Source: Anaerolinea thermophila
GTDB lineage: Bacteria > Chloroflexota > Anaerolineae > Anaerolineales > UBA4823
Assembly (NCBI GenBank): GCA_020724505.1
Contig: DYGV01000002.1
Location: forward strand, 29,619-70,005
Length of the DNA: 40,387 bases
Direction: 5' to 3'
Position numbers and translations under genes: made by a program. The notes below the pieces were generated by a model. The model made no database searches. It was not told the DNA's origin and saw only the letters and a program-made list of their open reading frames with translations. This document shows positions 35,679 through 40,387 of the stretch, piece after piece. The number at the start of each line of letters is the position of its first letter. Positions within the stretch are counted from its first letter, which is position 1.

Positions 35679-36256
35679 GTTTCGTTTCTCCATTCGTTAG
35701 GTTTCCAGGGCAGATCTCCCTGGCTGAATGCCTGCCTTACGGCAGGCGTATTTTCAATGAGTTCTTCCAATTGTTCGAGCGTTTGACGCATAAGCCCATA
35801 TACGGTCAACATGACAAAATCCGTTTGTATATGATTCGACTTGAACAGCTGTTGATGAGCCTGTGCAAGTGTCCGCGCAATCTCCATGACATCAGCATTA
35901 GCCAGCGCTTCCGCCGACACGCGCGGCATATCCGGAAAGCACTCCTGGATTAGATCCGCCACTTCCTGTTGGACGGTTGACGAGTCCGGTTGGATGAAAA
36001 GTTCCGCTACAGGTTGAGAGGGTGGATTGAGCAGGTCGGCGACGGATGTATCCGGATTGGCGCGTAATTGATCAATGGCTCGCGGTAAACGTTTGAGCCC
36101 GGCTTGAATGGCCTCCAACAAACTTGCTTGTGCCTGTGTGGAAAGGGCTGCCACGGCTTCGATATTTCGCACGGAAACATGCGGACGCAGGCTGGCAGGC
36201 AGCGACTCCAGCAACCGCTGTCGGCGTTCCTGTTTGGACTGATACGTCTCACTCAT
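35672..36256 (-). CDS. hypothetical helical protein, first gene of the Tad-like operon
   Basis: Start re-called to ATG 36256 (MSETYQSKQERR), 7 nt after TATCAT. Confidence 0.72.
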   Translation of the reverse strand: MSETYQSKQERRQRLLESLPASLRPHVSVRNIEAVAALSTQAQASLLEAIQAGLKRLPRAIDQLRANPDTSVADLLNPPSQPVAELFIQPDSSTVQQEVADLIQECFPDMPRVSAEALANADVMEIARTLAQAHQQLFKSNHIQTDFVMLTVYGLMRQTLEQLEELIENTPAVRQAFSQGDLPWKPNEWRNETC

Positions 36257-36263
36257 GAGGCGC

Positions 36264-36304
36264 ATGATACAAAAGTGTATCGGCGGGTGTGGTTCCCGTG
36301 TCGC
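36264..36304 (-). promoter_or_regulatory. module-specific promoter motif copy B
   Basis: GCGACACGG...CCGATACAC TTTTG TATCAT-N7-ATG, with an extra CCGACAC just upstream. Confidence 0.65.
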
Positions 36305-36326
36305 TTGGTGTGTCGGAAGTATCTGT

Positions 36327-36680
36327 CTACCTGGCAGCAATCTCCAATACCGCGCGCTGCAAATCATCCACCGGCGCCGGCTTGGTCAAAGCGTTCGCAC
36401 CCAAAGCCCGATAGTGTTCCACCAACTGCACATCCGCACTACACAGTAATACCCGTCGTCCTTCGCCGCGCGCTTTCAGTGCTGCGTAAATCTCCTCTCC
36501 CGATACACCTGGCAGGTGCATATCCAGCATTACGACATCTGGCAGGGATTGATCCGTGAGGACATCCAATCCCTGCCTGCCATCATGAATCATTTGCACA
36601 TCGAACCCGCACATCTCCATCACGATCTTGAATAGATTCGCCAGATCACGATCATCTTCAACGATCAACATTGTTTTCAT
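36327..36680 (-). CDS. single-domain response regulator (receiver only)
   Basis: LIVEDD, PDVVMLDMHLPGVSG, CSA, LTKP. Confidence 0.92.
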   Translation of the reverse strand: MKTMLIVEDDRDLANLFKIVMEMCGFDVQMIHDGRQGLDVLTDQSLPDVVMLDMHLPGVSGEEIYAALKARGEGRRVLLCSADVQLVEHYRALGANALTKPAPVDDLQRAVLEIAAR

Positions 36681-36681
36681 A

Positions 36682-38175
36682 TCAACCATTCACTTTCTTC
36701 AAAGGAAGTGTGATGGTGAAGACTGAACCCTGTCCCACAATACTTTGAACTTCGATCCGTCCATCCATCAGGACGACCAGTTTTTTCACAATGGATAACC
36801 CCAGCCCAGCACCTTGATGATTTCTCGTGGCGTAGTCCGAGCCGCGCCGGAAGGGTTCAAAGATGTCTGGCAGGCGTTCGGCAGGAATTCCTATCCCCGT
36901 ATCCTGCACGATCATTTGCCATTCCGTCGCGAGCATGCTGCATGTCACACTGACCGCACCGTATTCTGTGAACTTGATTGCGTTACCTAATAGGTTCACA
37001 AGAATCTGTTGCAGTTGGCTGCTATCACCGAGGATGAGCTCAGGCAAGGCAGTATCCACATGCGTAATGAGTTTGAGACTCTTTTGCTCGGCGAGCCCCG
37101 ATAACAAGTTCTTCACCAGCAGCAACAACGACGCGGGTGAGAAAGGTTCATTGTGTACTTTCAAAGTGCCGGCTTGCATTTGCGCATGATCCAGCAGGTC
37201 GTTGACCATGTACGTCAGACGCTGGGCGTTGACGCGAATGCGTTCTGCGAATGGTGTCGCCATATCGTTGCGCAAGGCAATCACCTCTGCAAATCCAATA
37301 ATGGCTGCCAACGGCGTGCGCATCTCATGACTGACCACACCCAACATGGCTTCCTTGGCGCGTTCAACCTCCACCTGGCGCGAAACATCCCGCACGATGG
37401 CGACACGTCCAACACCTTTCACTTCACTCCATTCAAAAGCTAAAACACGCCCGCGCATTTCCTGTTGACCTTTGCCTTGTGAAGCCAGTTGAGTCAAGCC
37501 ACTGCCCATCAGGGAGAGGGCAACTGGATTTGCAAGCACCACCTGATTCTCATCATTCAACACCACCACACCATCCGCCACGCCATCCAGAATGGCGGCA
37601 TTCTTTTGGGCTTCCATTCGTGCAGTTCGGATCGCGCTGTTGGCAATCGACATGCCCAACCAAGTCAAAGCCGCCAACACAAAATAGGTTGCAACGGCAT
37701 AGGGATTGGTGGATATATTCAAAACAATTACGGAGATGTACAGGTTCGTGATGGAAACAAGAGTTGCAACAATGAATACAGCCAGCGGCGGCAGGACAAT
37801 TCCGCCGGCCAGAATCGGCAGCGTCCAAACGATTAAGCCGCGTTCCACCAGCTCATTGGGAGTATCTGAGATGGATATGATGGCGATCAAGGAGAGAACC
37901 AACAACCAGCCTGCGAGCGATCCCGTGCGTTCCCAGCGATTGATCGCAAACAGGACGAGGAATACAACTACGACCGACAGGCTGCTGATCAGGATGAGGG
38001 ATGCCTCTGGATCATGGATGACTTCCATGAACGGATCGCCATAACTGAACGTGGCAATGATAGAGAAGAATCCTCCAGCAATGAATAACGACAGGATGAT
38101 ATTGAGAATCTGTCGACGGCGCCGATCATCCGGCTCAAAGGTATCCGGAAGCTGGAGGAATTTGGGAAGTTTCAT
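36682..38175 (-). CDS. membrane sensor histidine kinase
   Basis: About 6 TMs, short PAS-like segment, VSHEMRTPL, QILVNLLGNAIKFT, DTGIGI, GAGLGL. Confidence 0.95.
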   Translation of the reverse strand: MKLPKFLQLPDTFEPDDRRRRQILNIILSLFIAGGFFSIIATFSYGDPFMEVIHDPEASLILISSLSVVVVFLVLFAINRWERTGSLAGWLLVLSLIAIISISDTPNELVERGLIVWTLPILAGGIVLPPLAVFIVATLVSITNLYISVIVLNISTNPYAVATYFVLAALTWLGMSIANSAIRTARMEAQKNAAILDGVADGVVVLNDENQVVLANPVALSLMGSGLTQLASQGKGQQEMRGRVLAFEWSEVKGVGRVAIVRDVSRQVEVERAKEAMLGVVSHEMRTPLAAIIGFAEVIALRNDMATPFAERIRVNAQRLTYMVNDLLDHAQMQAGTLKVHNEPFSPASLLLLVKNLLSGLAEQKSLKLITHVDTALPELILGDSSQLQQILVNLLGNAIKFTEYGAVSVTCSMLATEWQMIVQDTGIGIPAERLPDIFEPFRRGSDYATRNHQGAGLGLSIVKKLVVLMDGRIEVQSIVGQGSVFTITLPLKKVNG

Positions 38176-39089
38176 CGAGCCTCTGCAAAGACCCGAATGT
38201 ACTTAATGGAAAACTGTTTATCCCCACCATCCTGGAAATTCAAATTCATTGAAGGCGCGATCTCCCACCAGCGTTGAGGTTTGTCACTCACCAGGTAGTT
38301 GTCGCTCCAGACATGCACCTCCACCGGTCCGAAGGCCGGCATCGGCATCTCGTACATCACAACTCCATCAACACTCATAAAACCCAGCCATTCCGTTTTG
38401 CTGATCCAACGCAAACGGATTTCATAGTCATGCCAGACATCTACCTCCACAGGCAACGGATTCACTTTCACCGGCACCCAATTGAGGGCGAGATAACACA
38501 GCGCGCCATTGACGCCCTGGATGGATGATTCTTTCCCAACGACTGAAAATCCAAACATGTCAAAGGGCTTTTCAAATAAACCGTCCGCCTGCAACGTGCC
38601 AACGGGCTGGAAGATCACGCCAGCTGAGCCGTAGAAGGACTCGCTTACTTGTGATGAAAATTGCAGGACTATGTCGCTGGAAGGTGTGGGGCGAAAGCCG
38701 CCCGCCCCGATCAGTGTGACATTGTTGTATTGGTCTGCGGCTGGTGGATGTGAACGCGAACTTTCATTCGCGAATTGCGTGTCAGGAAAATGATTGATCG
38801 TCAAACCATCTTCCAATGTTATGGAGGCAGCGTGCCAGGCGCTTTCATTGGAAACTTTTCCGCCTCCGTTGGTGATGGAGAAGTTCCAGAAGTCTGGAGA
38901 TAACTCCCCATCAAACTTGTCTTCCAGTGGCGCAGGGTTTTCGTATCCCTCGGCGGCATTCGCAGCCGATTTTTCGAGCCGGCTGGTTTCGACTCGAATC
39001 ATCCAGGCAGAGATGATTTGGCGGTAGTTCAATCCAATCAGCAGGAGCAACACAACGATGGGCAGGAGCAAAATGTAGACGGTTTTCAT
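38172..39089 (-). CDS. membrane-anchored extracytoplasmic beta-rich protein (possible ConA/GH16-like fold)
   Basis: N-terminal TM; DKFDG...FWNF and WHDYEIRLRW...SVDGV. Start at ATG 39089 after AAGGA; ATGA-coupled to the kinase. Confidence 0.7.
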   Translation of the reverse strand: MKTVYILLLPIVVLLLLIGLNYRQIISAWMIRVETSRLEKSAANAAEGYENPAPLEDKFDGELSPDFWNFSITNGGGKVSNESAWHAASITLEDGLTINHFPDTQFANESSRSHPPAADQYNNVTLIGAGGFRPTPSSDIVLQFSSQVSESFYGSAGVIFQPVGTLQADGLFEKPFDMFGFSVVGKESSIQGVNGALCYLALNWVPVKVNPLPVEVDVWHDYEIRLRWISKTEWLGFMSVDGVVMYEMPMPAFGPVEVHVWSDNYLVSDKPQRWWEIAPSMNLNFQDGGDKQFSIKYIRVFAEAR

Positions 39090-39161
39090 ATCATTCCTTT
39101 TTCGAAATATGCATGAGGAAATCAACATCCTTGGGAAGTTGGTCTCCTACATGCCGGGCAT

Positions 39162-39202
39162 ATGATATGAAAGTGTGTCGGGAGGTATCCTGAACGTGTC
39201 GG
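39162..39202 (-). promoter_or_regulatory. module-specific promoter motif copy C
   Basis: CCGACAC-N14-CCGACAC-acTTTCA-TATCAT. Confidence 0.62.
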
Positions 39203-39260
39203 TAATAAACCTGACTGCTTTTTTCAAGGTTTCGAACAACTCGACCAGGTTAATGAAATA

Positions 39261-39321
39261 TGAAACACATGTTGCATCTTTTTGAGGATAATGTTATAAA
39301 TGAGTTGTAACACTTATTTCA
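39261..39321 (+). promoter_or_regulatory. sigma70 promoter with two operator-like dyads
   Basis: TTGCAT (39272-77), 17 nt, then TATAAA (39295-300) with an upstream TGn. Dyads TGAAAC-N4-GTTGCA (39261-76) and TGTAAC-N4-ATTTCA (39306-21). Confidence 0.6.
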
Positions 39322-39336
39322 CATCAGGAGACCAAT

Positions 39337-39888
39337 ATGGAATGGTTGCTTTTTACCTCCCAACTTCCCGTTTCCCCCTCCAGCCTGCGTGTCATGGTCT
39401 GGCGGCGGATGAAGGCGGCAGGAGCCGTCAGCCTGCAAAATGGCGTTTGGGTGCTGCCACGATCAAAAGAGCAGGAACGCCTAGTACAGGAGCTAATAGA
39501 TCATCTCGAAAAACAAGGAGCAGAGGGACAATCGTTTGCAGCAACCGCGCTTGGGGAAAAGGCTGAAAAGGATCTCATCAAACGATTCCGAGGGCAGCGC
39601 GATGAAGAATACGCGGAACTGATCGAACGCTGTCAAGGAATGCTCCAGGAGTTAACGAAAGAAACGAAGAAGAAGAAATTTACCTTTGCGGAACTGGAAG
39701 AAAATGAAGATGACCTGCAAAAACTGGAAAGCTGGATGAAGAGAATCAATGCCCGCGATCTAGTCGGCGGAGAACGTGCTGCCGAAGCGGCCCGTGCGCT
39801 GGATGCCTGCCGAAAGGCATTCCATACGTTCGCTGATCACGTCTACGCCCAGGAACAAGTCACCCCCAAGAAAGATTCATCGAAGTGA
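39337..39888 (+). CDS. ChrB N-terminal domain protein (chromate-resistance regulator-like)
   Basis: WLLFTSQLPVSPSSLRVMVWRRMKAAGAVSLQNGVWVLP...RDEEYAEL...ELEENE...RD. Confidence 0.85.
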   Translation: MEWLLFTSQLPVSPSSLRVMVWRRMKAAGAVSLQNGVWVLPRSKEQERLVQELIDHLEKQGAEGQSFAATALGEKAEKDLIKRFRGQRDEEYAELIERCQGMLQELTKETKKKKFTFAELEENEDDLQKLESWMKRINARDLVGGERAAEAARALDACRKAFHTFADHVYAQEQVTPKKDSSK

Positions 39889-39903
39889 GGTTGGGAAGAA
39901 AGC

Positions 39904-40387
39904 ATGTTATCCAAATCAGATTTCAAGCCACAAAAGTGGCAAACATTAACTATTGAAGAAACTGTTACTACCTTGAAGGGGAATATTTCTGCGGGACTCA
40001 CCCATGCTGAGGCCATGAATCGCCAGCATCTCTTTGGACCGAATCGATTGACGGAAGAAAAACACGAATCCTTCTGGCAGGAATTTTTGGAAGAGTTACG
40101 TGAGCCGTTGATCCTCATGTTGATCGGTACGGGGATTCTGTACGCCCTGTGGGGCGAACTGAGCGATGCAATCACCATCTTTGTTGTCATCTTAACTTTG
40201 AATACGATTGAAGTCGTCAATGAACAGCGCGCCAAGAAGGCGATTTCATCCCTGCACAAGATGGCAGAACCAACCTCCGCGGTTTTGCGGGATGGACATA
40301 CGCAGGAAACCCCTGCTGAACAGGTTGTGATCGGGGATGTCGTTCAGCTTGAAGCGGGAAGGCGCATCCCTGCAGACGCGCGTCTGA
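39904..40387 (+). CDS. cation-transporting P-type ATPase (P2-like), runs off the window's right edge
   Basis: Not in the ORF track. MLSKSDF...GLTHAEAMNRQHLFGPNRL...EPLILML...EQRAKKAISSL...VLRDG...VIGDVVQLEAGRRIPADARL. Confidence 0.9.
   Translation, partial: MLSKSDFKPQKWQTLTIEETVTTLKGNISAGLTHAEAMNRQHLFGPNRLTEEKHESFWQEFLEELREPLILMLIGTGILYALWGELSDAITIFVVILTLNTIEVVNEQRAKKAISSLHKMAEPTSAVLRDGHTQETPAEQVVIGDVVQLEAGRRIPADARL

Larger units (their letters stand above)
19657..39202 (-). mobile_element. putative integrative/conjugative-type module (Tad-like plus VirB4/VirD4), boundaries undefined
   Basis: Co-oriented CpaB, CpaE, CpaF, VirB4-like and VirD4-like genes, a surface protein, a shared promoter motif and defence cargo. 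No integrase or relaxase in the window. Confidence 0.55.

Noticed and set aside
35623-35920. Additional CCGACAC matches
   Set aside because: They lie inside coding sequence, on the wrong strand, without the spaced TATCAT.
1-40387. CRISPR array, tRNA (including tRNA-Sec), rRNA, integrase or relaxase
   Set aside because: No repeat-spacer periodicity, cloverleaf or recombinase/relaxase motifs were recognised by eye. The many other short overlapping ORFs in the track are treated as shadows.

Overview
This looks like bacterial DNA, most consistent with Chloroflexota/Anaerolineae (inferred from the Thr/Pro-linker surface protein, apparent leaderless genes and overall gene content). It has three parts. 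(1) 1-19.6 kb is a metal/thiol-redox island. It contains ArsR-SRPBCC, a merR-merF-EamA-merA operon behind a perfect CueR/MerR-type operator, a flavin-dependent halogenase, thioredoxin, a mycoredoxin-like glutaredoxin, a glutaredoxin-TrxB fusion, ribA, nnrE, and an ECF sigma with a zinc anti-sigma. Two ORFs that the ORF track splits or truncates at an in-frame TGA read as UxxC selenoproteins with SECIS-like hairpins: a peroxiredoxin-like protein (6385-6918, -) and an iodothyronine-deiodinase-like protein (13446-14147, +). Six transcription units carry the same GTAA(G)-N18/19-nTC ECF-like promoter, which suggests a self-contained ECF regulon linking a halogenase to a deiodinase-like selenoenzyme. 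(2) 19.6-39.2 kb, minus strand, is a putative integrative/conjugative-type module. It has a sensor kinase and receiver, Tad-like CpaB/CpaE/CpaF and VirB4-like and VirD4-like ATPases. Three of its promoters share a CGACAC-N28-TATCAT motif. An AT-rich Hachiman (HamA/HamB) anti-phage cassette interrupts it. (3) 39.3-40.4 kb has a ChrB-N domain regulator and the start of a P-type ATPase. No rRNA, tRNA, CRISPR array, integrase or relaxase was recognised.
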